A stretch of DNA of 43,341 nucleotides from Leucoraja ocellata (GCA_036785375.1 JAWMAR010002088.1:124001-167341), one strand, 5' to 3'. Positions 11,421 through 21,520 are shown, numbered from the stretch's first letter. The notes: generated by a model not told the origin, from the sequence alone. Translations and numbers: made by a program.

Positions 11421-11663
11421 GGCCGGAGCTGCAATGAGCAACTCGCCAGCCGGCAAACACTCGGCAGTCCCGCTCCCCGTCCGCATCTGTCCCCGCCGCT
11501 GCTTCTGCTTTCAACACCTGCGACCCATGCAGTTGATATGAGTTTTGACATTTTCTTTGATCACAGAATTTCTCACAACAGAGCGAGATAAATTTGTGAT
11601 CACCGTGAGAATTTGGTGAAATGCGGGATTCTCACGCTCAATGCATGGGAGTTGGCAGCCCTG

Positions 11664-12350
11664 CCTCTCTATCTCCCTCTCCCTCTTCCCCTTCTCTCTC
11701 CCCCTCTCTCTCGCCCCTCCCCCTCCCCTCTCTCCCCCGTCTCACCCCTCTCCCCTTCCCTCTCTATTCTCTCTCCCCCCTCTCTCTCTCCCTCTCTCTC
11801 TCTCCTCTCTTCCCCCTCTCTTGCCCTCCCCCTCCCTTCTCTTTCCCCCAACTCTCTCTCCCCTCTCTTTCCCCCAAGTCTCTCTTCCCCTCTCTCCCCC
11901 TCCTCCCACCTCACTCTCCCCCTCTCTCTCGTCCCCTCTCCCCCCTCTTTCCCCTAACTCTTCTCTCTCTCGCCTCTCTCTCTTTCTCCCTCCCTCTCTA
12001 TCTCTCCCTCTCTACACAATCTCCCCTCTCTCTCTGTCTCTCCTCTCACCTCTCTCTTCCCCCTCTCTCTCATCTCTCTCTCTCTCCCCCATTTCTCCCT
12101 CCCACCTCACTCTCCCCCTGGCTCTTTCTCCTCTTTCTCTTTGCCCCCATCTCTCTCTTTCCCCCTCTCTCTCATTCTCTCCTACCCTCTCCTCCCTCTC
12201 CCACCTCACCCCCCCCCCCTCTCTCCCCCCTCTCCCTCACCATTCATGCCCCCTCTGTCTCTCCACTCTCACTCTCCTCTCACTCCCCTTTCACCCCCCC
12301 CCCCCCACCCCGTCTCCCTGTCTCATTACCCCCTCTCTCTCTCCACCACC
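11664..12350. repeat. ~690-bp C/T-rich low-complexity (polypyrimidine) tract
   Basis: Almost exclusively C and T on the + strand. It lies between the two right-hand ends of the TIR element. Confidence 0.95.
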
Positions 12351-12800
12351 CTTTGGGAGCTTCCGGCGGCCCGCAACTTGCACTGTCCTGAGTGCTCCAT
12401 GGCCAGAGCTGCAGCGAGCGACTTGTCAGCACCGCAAGCACTCGACAGTCCCAGCTCCCCGCATCTGTTCCCGCCACTGGTTCTGCTCCCATCCCTCCCG
12501 CAGCCCCGGCTCTCCAACACCCGCGGACCCTGCAGTTTATCCGAGTTTTAAAATTTTCGTTGATCACAAAATTTCTCACCGCTGAGTGTGAGAAATGTCT
12601 GATCAGTGTGAGGGCGTGAGAGTTTGCTTGAGGGTGTGAGTCTCACGCTCAAAGCGTGAGAGTTGGCAGCCCTGGATACCCCATCTAAGCTAGTCCCATT
12701 TACCCTGCAATGGGTAGAAACTGTATCACTGAAACCTTTCCCATGCAGTGTCTTTTAAATATTGTTATTGTACCTGCCCAACTCCATTATCTGGAAGTTT

Positions 12801-13527
12801 AAGAGGGAACTGCAGATGCTGGAGAATCGAAGGTTACACAAAAAAGCTGGAGAAACTCAGCAGGTGCAGCAGCATCTATGGAGCGAAGTAGATAGGCAAC
12901 GTTTCGGGCCGAAACCCTTCTTCAGACTGATCGGGGGTGGGGGTGGGTGGGGACAAGAAAGGGAAAAGGAGGAGTAGCCAGAAGGCTGGGGGATGGGAGG
13001 AGACAGCAGGGGGGCTGAGGAAGGGGAGGAGACAGCAAGGACTAACAAAATTGGGAGAATTCGATGTTCATGCCCCCAGGGGTGCAGACTCCCCAAACGG
13101 AATATGAGGTGCTGTTCCTCCAATTTCCGGTGCTGCTCGCTGTGGCCATGGAGGAGACCCAGGACAGAGAGGTCGGAGGCGGAGTGGGAGGGGGAGTTGA
13201 AGTGCTGAGCCACCGGGAGGTCAGCTTGGTTATTGCGGACCGAGCGGAGGTGTTCGGCGAAACGATCGCCCAACCTCCGCTTGGTCTCACCGATATAGAT
13301 CTGCTGACATCTAGAGCAGCGGACGCAATAGATGAGGTTGGAAGAGATGCAGGTAAACCTCTGTCGCACCTGGAACGATTGCTTGGGTCCTTGAACGGAG
13401 TCGAGGGGGGAGGTAAAGGGACAAGTGTTGCATCTCTTGCGGTTGCAAGGGAAAGTGCCCGGGGAGGGGGTGGACCGAGAGGGAAGGGAAGAATTGACAA
13501 GGGAGTTATGGAGGGAGCGGTCTTTGC
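12801..13527 (-). mobile_element. Penelope-like element 3' part (GIY-YIG endonuclease plus 3' UTR with hammerhead motif)
   Basis: Encodes FTCISSNLIYCVRCSRCQQIYIGETKRRLGDRFAEH...VAQHFN...GMNIEF, the CCHH-flanked GIY-YIG domain of PLEs. Confidence 0.9.
12891..12932 (-). ncRNA. Minimal type I hammerhead ribozyme motif
   Basis: GAUCAGU-CUGAAGA-A-GGGU(UUCG)GCCC-GAAA-CG-UU^GCCUAUC. It has the full core, a 4-bp stem II with a UUCG loop, palindromic ACGU in place of stem III, and stem I with a 2x2 internal loop. Confidence 0.75.
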
Positions 13528-13528
13528 T

Positions 13529-14228
13529 CCTCTATCAAGTCCCCCCTTAACCTTCTGCGCTCCAAAGAATAAAGCCCTAACTTGTTCAACCTTTCTCTGT
13601 AACTTAGTTGCTGAAACCCAGGCAACATTCTAGTAAATCTCCTCTGTACTCTCTCTATTTTGTTGACATCCTTCCTATAATTAGGCGACCAAAATTGTAC
13701 ACCATACTCCAGAATTGGCCTCACCAATGCCTTGTACAATTTTAACATTACATCCCAACTTCTATACTCAATGCTCTGATTTATAAAGGCCAGCACACCA
13801 AAAGCTTTCTTTACCACCCTATCTACATGAGATTCCACTTTCAGGGAACTGTGCACAGTTATTCCCAGATCCCTCTGTTCACCTACATTCTTCAATTCCC
13901 TACCATTTACCATGTACGTCCTATTTTGATTTGTCCTGCCAAGATGTAGCACCTCACACATTAAACTCCATCTGCCATCTTTCAGCCCACTCTTCCAACT
14001 GGCATAAATCTCTCTGTAGACTTTGAAACTCTACTTCATTACCCGCAACCCCACCTATCTTAGTATCATCTGCATACTTACTAATCCAAGCCTCCTGAGC
14101 CCACTCTAGCCCAGAGAACAAAATTATTCCATCACTAATTTTCCCCAAAACAGATCTTCCTCATTTCTATCAATGCCACAAATCCACCTTTACAAGAGAC
14201 ATATGCAGTAGTCGATTAATCTACTAAA
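13529..14228 (-). repeat. Local duplicate of 9522-10229 (CR1 fragment plus its 5' flank)
   Basis: Near-identical sequence including 139 bp of flank beyond the LINE truncation point. It differs by an 8-nt deletion and a few substitutions. Confidence 0.92.
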
Positions 14229-14838
14229 CTCACCAGTCCCTGCCTCTGCCCGTTGCCCTTCCTAACTGTGACCCAGTTTTCTGTCTCCCGTGGTCTTGGA
14301 GTGACCACCTCCCTGTAACTCCTTTCTATGACCTCCTCGCTCTCCCTGAGCAGACAGAGGTCATCGAGTTGCTGTTCCAGGTTCCTGACACGGTCCCTTA
14401 GGAGCTCCATCTCGACGCACCTTGCGCAGATGTGGACGTCTGGAGGGCACTCCGACTCCATGACCTCCCACATCCAGAACAGTAAACTGCCCCGGCCTTC
14501 ATTGCCCCCCTTATCCAAATACAATTACAATACAAATACAATACAAGCCAATCAGCCAATCAGCTGCTTCTGCTGGTCCTCTTCCACCAATCAGAGGCTT
14601 CCACCAGAATCAGAATCTTTCTCTGGAAGTGAGATGGAACGTTGGTGATTTGGGCAACTCACAGCTCCAGGTAAGTCCTCCTCTCACCAACGGCTCCCCG
14701 GGCCTCTGTAGAAAGCAAGCCCCGCGCTGTTTTTATACTCACAGCTCCAGGTAAATCCTCCTCGCACCAACGGCTCCCCGGGCCTCTGTAGAAAGCAAGC
14801 CCCGCGCTGTTTTTATACTCACAGCTCCAGGTAAGTCC
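14229..14838 (-). mobile_element. CR1 family B 5' UTR and ORF1 N-terminus, with 80-bp tandem monomers
   Basis: Matches 20227-20660. The 80-bp units start at 14658, 14738 and 14818 (partial). Confidence 0.88.
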
Positions 14839-14849
14839 ACCCTTAGTAT

Positions 14850-15477
14850 GACCACATATTCATGATTCATAATTAATTACTTTTTAAAACATTGCTTTTT
14901 GTTACCTCTTTGGTTACACATTAAACAAATTATATTTAATCTTTAACCCTGGGACAGGTTAAGGTATAAAAACTGGTACACCCTTAGTATTACCCTTAGT
15001 AATATGATCACCCTTAGCCTCCTGTGCTCCATGGAATAAAGCCCTGGCTTGCCCTATCTCTCCCTCTTGTTCACACCCTGGAGCCCCAGCAATATGCTCA
15101 TAAATCTCATAAACATAACAATGTTGCAGATAATATGAGCACCATGATTAATGCAAATAAAAAAATCTTATTTTTGACGGCAATATGATTCGATAAACAT
15201 GGTTCAATGAATCTGACGATAATCCCATCAATGTCATTCACGTTAATTCACATGTAATTTGAAAATAATAATAACTATTGCAAGAAAATATAATAATAAA
15301 TATTGCATGGAAAATTGATAGAAATTATGCCCAGCGCATAATATTTTGAGGTATTGTACACACCTTAACCTGTCCCAGGGTTAAAGATTAAATATAATTT
15401 GTTTAATGTGTAACCAAAGAGGTAACAAAAAGCAATGTTTTAAAAAGTAATTAATCATGAATCATGAATATGTGGTC
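14850..15477. repeat. Fold-back structure: 116-bp near-perfect inverted repeats around a ~396-bp spacer
   Basis: 14850-14965 is the reverse complement of 15362-15477, with one mismatch seen. Confidence 0.85.
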
Positions 15478-15494
15478 CTAATGAATACCCAAGG

Positions 15495-16650
15495 TATGAC
15501 AATAGACAATAGGTGCAGGAGTAGGCCATTCGGCCCTTCGAGCCAGCACCGCCATTCAATGTGATCATGGCTGATCGTCCCCAATCAGTACCCCGTTCCT
15601 GCCTTCTCCCCATATCCCCGACTCTGCTATTTTTAAGAGCCCTGGCCAGCTCTCTCTTCAAAGCATCCAGAGAACCTGCCTCCACTGCCCTCTGAGCAAG
15701 AGAATTCCACAGACTCACCACTTTCTGTGAGAAAAAGTGTTTCCTTGTTTCCCTTCTAAACGGCTTACTCCTTATTCTTAAACTGTGGCCCCTGGTTTTG
15801 GACTCCCCCAACATCGGGATCATGTTTCCTGTCTCAAGCATGTCTAAACCCTTAACAACCTTATATGTTTCAATGAGATGCCCTCTCATCCTTCTAAACT
15901 CCAGAGTGCACAAGCCCAGCTGCTCCATTCCCTCAGCATATGACAGTCCCGCCATCCCAGGAAATAACCTTGTAAACCTACGCTGCACTCCCTCAATAGC
16001 AAGAATGTCCTTCCTCAAATTAGGAGACCAAAACTGCACACAATACTCCAGGTGTGGTCTCACTAGGGATCTGTGCAACTGCAGAGGACCTCTTTGCTCC
16101 TATTATCGACTCCTCTTGTTAGAATGGCCATTCACTTTCTTCACTGCCTGCTGTAACTGCATGCTTACTTTCATAGACTGATGTACAAGAACCCCCAGAT
16201 CCCGTTGTACTTCCCCTTTTCCCATCTTGACGCCATTTAGATAATAAACTGCCTTCCTATTTTTGCTACCAAAGTGCATAACCTCACATTTATCCGCATT
16301 AAACTTCATATGCCATGCATCTGCCCACTCCCCTAACCTGTCCAAGTCACCCTGCATTCTCATAGCATCCTCCTCACAGTACACATTGCCACCCAGATTT
16401 GTGTCATCTGCAACTTTGCTAATGTTACTTTGAATCCCTTCATCCAAATCATTGATGTATATTGTAAATAGCTGCGGTCCCAGCACCGAGCCTTGCTGTA
16501 CCCCACTAGTCACTGCCTGCCATTCTGAAAGGGACCCGTTAATCCATACTCTTTGTTTCCTGTCGGCCAACCGATTGCCTATCCATGTCAGCACTCTACC
16601 TCCAATACCATGTGCCCTAATTTTGCCCACTAATCTCCTATGTGGGACCA
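15495..16650 (-). mobile_element. CR1 LINE family A, 3' segment (piece 1 of 4 of one interrupted element)
   Basis: RT C-terminus (ORFs 16103-16669 and 15455-16078) and a (TATTGTC)n-type tail. The sequence resumes at 21521. Confidence 0.88.
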
Positions 16651-19600
16651 TATAATAACCATTTAACAATTACAGCACGGAAACAGGCCATCTCGACCCT
16701 TCTAGTCCGTGCCGAAAACAAATTCTCCCCTAGTCCCATACACCTACATTCAGACCATAACCCTCCATACCTTTCCCATCCATATAACTATCCAATTTAT
16801 TTTTAAATGATAAAAACGAAACTGCCTCCACCACCTTCACTGGAAGCTCATTCCACACCGCCACCACTCTCTGAGTAAAGAAGTTCCCCCTCATGTTACC
16901 CCTAAATTTCTGTCCCTTAATTCTCAAGTCATGTCCCCTTCTTTGAATCTTCCCTACTCTCAGTGGGAAAAGCTTATCCACGTCAACTCTGTCTATACCT
17001 CTCATCATTTTAAAGACCTCTATCAAGTTCCCCCTTAACCTTCTGCGCTCCAAAGAATAAAGCCCTAACTTGTTCAACCTTTGCCTTGTACAATTTTAAC
17101 ATTACATCCCAACTTCTATACTCAATGCTCTGATTTATAAAGGCCAGCACACCAAAAGCTTTCTTTACCACCCTATCTACATGAGATTCCACTTTCAGGG
17201 AACTGTGCACAGTTATTCCCAGATCCCTCTGTTCACCTGCATTCTTCAATTCCCTACCATTTACCATGTACGTCCTATTTTGATTTGTCCTGCCAAGATG
17301 TAGCACCTCACACTTATCAGCATTAAACTCCACCTGCCATCTTTCAGCCCACTCTTCCAACTGGCATAAATCTCTCTGTAGACTTTGAAAATCTACTTCA
17401 TTATCCACAACCCCACCTATCTTAGTATCATCTGCATACTTACTAATCCAATTTACCACACCATCATCCAGATCATTGATGTACATGACAAACAACAGTG
17501 GACCCAACACAGATCCCTGTGACACCCCACCAGTCACTGGCCTCCAACCTGACAAACAACCATCCACCATTACTCTCTGGCATCTCCCATTCAGCCACTG
17601 TTGAATCCATCTTGCTACTCCTCCATTAATCCCCAACCATTGAACCTTCTTAACCAACCTCCCGTGAGGAACCTTGTCAAAGGCCTTACTGAAGTCCATA
17701 TATACAACATCCACTGCTTTACCCTCATCAATTTCCTGAGTAACCTTTTAAAAAAAATTCAAGAAGATTAGCCAAACATGATCTTCCAGGCACAAATCCA
17801 TGTTGACTGTTCCTAATCAGACCCTGTTTATCCAGATGCTTATATATATTATCTCTAAGTATCCTTTCCATTAATTTGACCACCACTGACGTCAAACTAA
17901 CAGGTCTATAATTGCTAGGTTTACTCTTAGACCCCTTTTTAAACAATGGAACAACATGCGCAGTACGCCAATCCTCTGGCACTATTCCCGTTTCTAATGA
18001 CATTTGAAATATTTCTGTCATAGCCCCTGCTATTTCTATACTAACTTCCCACAATGTCCTAGGGAACATCCTGTCCGGACCTGGAGACTTATTCACTTTT
18101 ATATTTCTCAAAAGTGTCAGTACTTCCTCTTCTTTGATCCTCATAGTTTCCATAGCTACTCTACTTGTTTCCCTTACCTCACATAATTCAATATCCTTCT
18201 CCTTGGTGAATACCGAAGAAAAGAAACTGTTCAATATCTCCCCCATCTCTTTTGACTCTGCAGATAGTTGTCCACTCTGACTCTCTGATGGACCAATTTT
18301 ATCCCTCGTTTTGTCCTTTTTATCCCTCGTTTTATCCTTTTGCTATTAATATAGCGGTAGAAACCCTTCGGATTTACTTTTACCTTACTTGCCAAAGCAA
18401 CCTCATATCTTCTTTTAGATTTTCTAATATCTTTCTTAAGATTCTTTTTACATTCTTTATACTCCTCAAGCACCTCATTTACTCCATGCTGCCTATAATT
18501 ATTGTAGAGCTCCCTCTTTTTCCGAACCAAGTGTCCAATTTCCCTTGAAAACCATGGCTCTTTACAATTTTTACGATTTCCTTTCAACCGAACAGGGACA
18601 TAAAGATTCTGTACTCTTAAAATTTCACCTTTAAATGTATTCCATTTCTCTTCCACATCTTTCCCATAAAACAAACTGTCCCAATTTACTCCTTTTAAAT
18701 CCTTTCGCATCTCCTCAAAGTTAGCCTTTCTCCAATCAAAAATCTCAACCCTAGGTCCAGTTTTGTCCCTCTCCATAATTATATTGAAACTAATGGTATT
18801 GTGATCACTGGACCCGAACTGTTCCCCAACGCATACCTCTGCCACCTGACCCATCTCATTTTCTAACAGGAGGTCCAGTACCGCCCCTTCTCTAGTAGGT
18901 ACTTCTATGTATTGCTGCAAAAAACTATCCTGCACACATTTTACAAACTCCAACCCATCCAGCCCATTTACAGAATGTGTTTCCCAGTCTATGTGTGGAA
19001 AATTGAAATCTCCCACAATCACTACCTTGTGCTTACTACTAATATCTGCAATCTCCTTACATATTTGCTCTTCCAATTCTCACTCCCCATTTGGCGGTCT
19101 ATAATACACCCCTATAAGTGTTGCTACCCCTTTCCCATTTCTCAGTTCCACCCAAATAGCCTCCCTAGACGAACCCTCCAATCTATCCTGCCAAAGCACT
19201 GCTGTAATATCTTCCCTGATAAGCAATGCAACACCTCCACCTCTTGCCCCCCCAATTCTATCACACCTGAAGCAACAAAATCCTGGAATATTTAGTTTCC
19301 AATCGCAGCCCTCCTGCAACCATGTTTCACTGATCGCCACAACATCATACTTCCAGGTGTCAATCCAGGCTCTAAGTTCATTCACCTTTCTTACAATGCT
19401 CCTAGCATTAAAATATACACATTTAAGAAACGCACCATCTCTTATTCTCTGTTTATTTTCTTTTTCTGATCTCTCCCCTACATTTTGGGTCAGAGTGCTA
19501 CCATTCTCTGCCTCCTGCCTTACACACTGACTGCTAGCTTTCCCAATTTGAGTCCCTCCCCCCAACCATACTAGTTTAAAGTCTCCACAGTAGCCTTTGC

Positions 19601-20660
19601 AAATCTCCCCACCAGGATATTGGTCCCTCTCGAGTTCAAGTGCAACCTGTCTTTTCTGTACAGGTCGCACCTTCCCCAAAAGAGGTCCCAATGATCCAGA
19701 AACTTAAATCCATACCCACTGCACCAGTCCCTCATCCACGCATTTATTCTCCACCTCGCTCCATTCCTACTCTCACTGTCGCGTGGCACAGGCAGTAATC
19801 CTGAGATTGTTACCTTTGCAGTCCTTCTCCTTAACTCTCTACCTAACTTCCTAAATTCTTCTTTCAGGACCTCTTCTCTTTTTTTACCTATGTTGTTGGT
19901 ACCTATATGTACCACAACCTCAGGCTCCTCTCCCTCCCATTTCAGGATTTCTTGGACACGTTCAGACACATCCCTGACCCTGGCACCAGGGAGGCAAACT
20001 ACCATCCGGGTCTTCTGTCTACGCCCACAGAATCGCCTATCCGACCCCCTAACTATAGAGTCCCCTATTACAATTGCCCTCCTCTTCTTTTCCTTACCCT
20101 TCTGAGCAACAGGACCGGTCTTTGTGCCAGAGGCCTGGCCGCTGTCGCTGCCCCCAGGTAGGCTGTCTCCCCCACCCTTACTCAAACATGAGTACTTATT
20201 TTCAAGGTGTCCAGCCACCGGGGTACTCACCAGTTCCTGCCTCTGCCCATTGCCCTTCCTAACTGTGACCCAGTTTTCTGTCTCCCGTGGTCTTGGAGTG
20301 ACCACCTCCCTGTAACTCCTATCTATGACCTCCTCGCTCTCCCTGAGCAGACAGAGGTCATCGAGTTGCTGTTCCAGGTTCCTGACACGGTCCCTTAGGA
20401 GCCCCATCTCGACGCACCTTGCGCAGATGTGGACGTCTGGAGGGCACTCCGACTCCATGACCTCCCACATCTGACATCCAGAACAGTAAACTGCCCCGGC
20501 CCTCATTCTCCCCCTTATCCAAATACAATAAAGCCTTACCCGGGATACAAGCCAATCAGCTGCTTCCTCTGGTCCGTTCGACCAATCAGAGGCTTCCACC
20601 AGAATCCTTCTCTGGAAGTGAGATGGAACGTTGCAGATTTGGGTAACTCACAGCTCCAGG
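16651..20660 (-). mobile_element. Near full-length CR1-clade LINE (family B, (GTTATATG)n-type tail), ORF2 disrupted
   Basis: ORF1 at 19571-20506. APE endonuclease motifs (YFNARS, AISETW, GVYYRPP, VGDFNFP, SDHN) and RT motifs (MDFSKAFD, QGSVLGP, YADD). There is a nonsense codon at 19080, frameshifts near 17725 and 18240-18300, and an internal deletion near 17080. Confidence 0.93.
19571..20506 (-). CDS. CR1 ORF1p: zinc-finger (CxxC...CxxC), coiled coil and SGNH/GDSL esterase domain
   Basis: CSGC...CARC, then LLRDRVRNLEQQLDDL, then esterase blocks IVIGDSIVRG, CLPGA, VVHIGTNN and DRLHLN. The frame is intact. Confidence 0.88.
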   Translation of the reverse strand: MRAGAVYCSGCQMWEVMESECPPDVHICARCVEMGLLRDRVRNLEQQLDDLCLLRESEEVIDRSYREVVTPRPRETENWVTVRKGNGQRQELVSTPVAGHLENKYSCLSKGGGDSLPGGSDSGQASGTKTGPVAQKGKEKKRRAIVIGDSIVRGSDRRFCGRRQKTRMVVCLPGARVRDVSERVQEILKWEGEEPEVVVHIGTNNIGKKREEVLKEEFRKLGRELRRRTAKVTISGLLPVPRDSESRNGARWRINAWMRDWCSGYGFKFLDHWDLFWGRCDLYRKDRLHLNSRGTNILVGRFAKATVETLN

Positions 20661-21513
20661 TAGGTATGTTACAAAACCTACCTGAATCGCCATTGGGAAT
20701 CTGCCCTCAGCCAGGCCCGCGATTTTGGCGCTGTTTGGAGGGGGCGGGTTTAAAACGCGATTTTTACTAGGCTGTACTAATCGCACATGTTCAGCCTAGT
20801 AAATCATTAACGAAAAATCGCTGCAAGACCCGGTCGCAAAAGGTATTATTAGTTTTATAGGCCTCGATAATATAGTTCTAATAGATTTAAAATTACTGTT
20901 TCATCTCGCAACCCCAGGGTTTTATAGAGCAAACAATTAAAGGTATGTACCTTATTTTTACATTAAATGGGGCATATATATAACCCTATATATCAAATTA
21001 TCTATAACGAATAGCTCATTTTGGGCTTTTTATATCCCGCAGTATTTTTCTCGGCACTTGAGGGCACTGATCCAGCGCTATGTCAACGTTCTAAACCGGC
21101 GCGTTCCACATGAACCCACTAGAAAGCCGATTTAAATGGGCATTTATTTACAGCAATTGAACACTAAATTCCTTCCATTTGGCCTATAAATTAATGTAAA
21201 TTAGATATAAAAATCATGTTATATTGTGAATTATTTGTGAATAATCTTTGGACACTTAGGCTATTTAAAAATGTTAATCTTTCCTTAAGAAATGGGCTTT
21301 TGACTATCCAAGATCACAGCTTTTTTGTAATGTCCATTGAAAATCAATAGGGAACAAGATGCTAATTTCCGAGTATGAAAATGGTCATAACTGTTTTAAT
21401 ACTTGAGATATGAAAGTGAATTTGGTGTCAAATTAAACTTATTGTTATGCTTTATCTGATGGGATAAATTGCAGACTTGATTTTTTAAATCTCAAAATTT
21501 TGTAACATTGCTA
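20661..21513. mobile_element. Non-autonomous TIR DNA transposon, 853 bp
   Basis: Imperfect 16-bp TIR TAGGTATGTTACAAAA / TTTTGTAACATTGCTA. TSD CTCCAGG at 20654-20660 and 21514-21520. No transposase ORF. Confidence 0.85.
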
Positions 21514-21520
21514 CTCCAGG

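Larger units (their letters stand above)
10449..12674. mobile_element. Non-autonomous TIR DNA transposon (hAT/P-like termini) with duplicated right end and captured host gene fragment
   Basis: 13-bp perfect TIR CAGGGCTGCCAAC (10449-10461) / GTTGGCAGCCCTG (12662-12674), with an extra right TIR at 11651-11663. TSD GATACCC at 10442-10448 and 12675-12681. Repeated subterminal GTGAGA/TCTCAC motifs. It interrupts an old CR1-type 3' end. Confidence 0.88.

Noticed and set aside
11179-11517. 112-aa ORF as a complete gene
   Set aside because: It has a GTG start and reads through a splice donor. Only the part up to 11266 resembles TDP2, and the real ATG (11420) is in another frame.
11613-12585. Long Pro/Ser/Leu-rich ORFs (up to 314 aa) and their Arg/Glu/Gly-rich antisense ORFs
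   Set aside because: Artefacts of the C/T tract, which cannot encode stop codons. No domain signal.
14658-14838. CRISPR-like or other prokaryotic repeat array
   Set aside because: These are contiguous tandem units without unique spacers, in a spliceosomal-intron context. No prokaryotic genes were seen in the window.
19571-20506. SGNH esterase as a novel captured host enzyme
   Set aside because: Esterase-bearing ORF1 proteins are an established feature of CR1/L2-clade LINEs.
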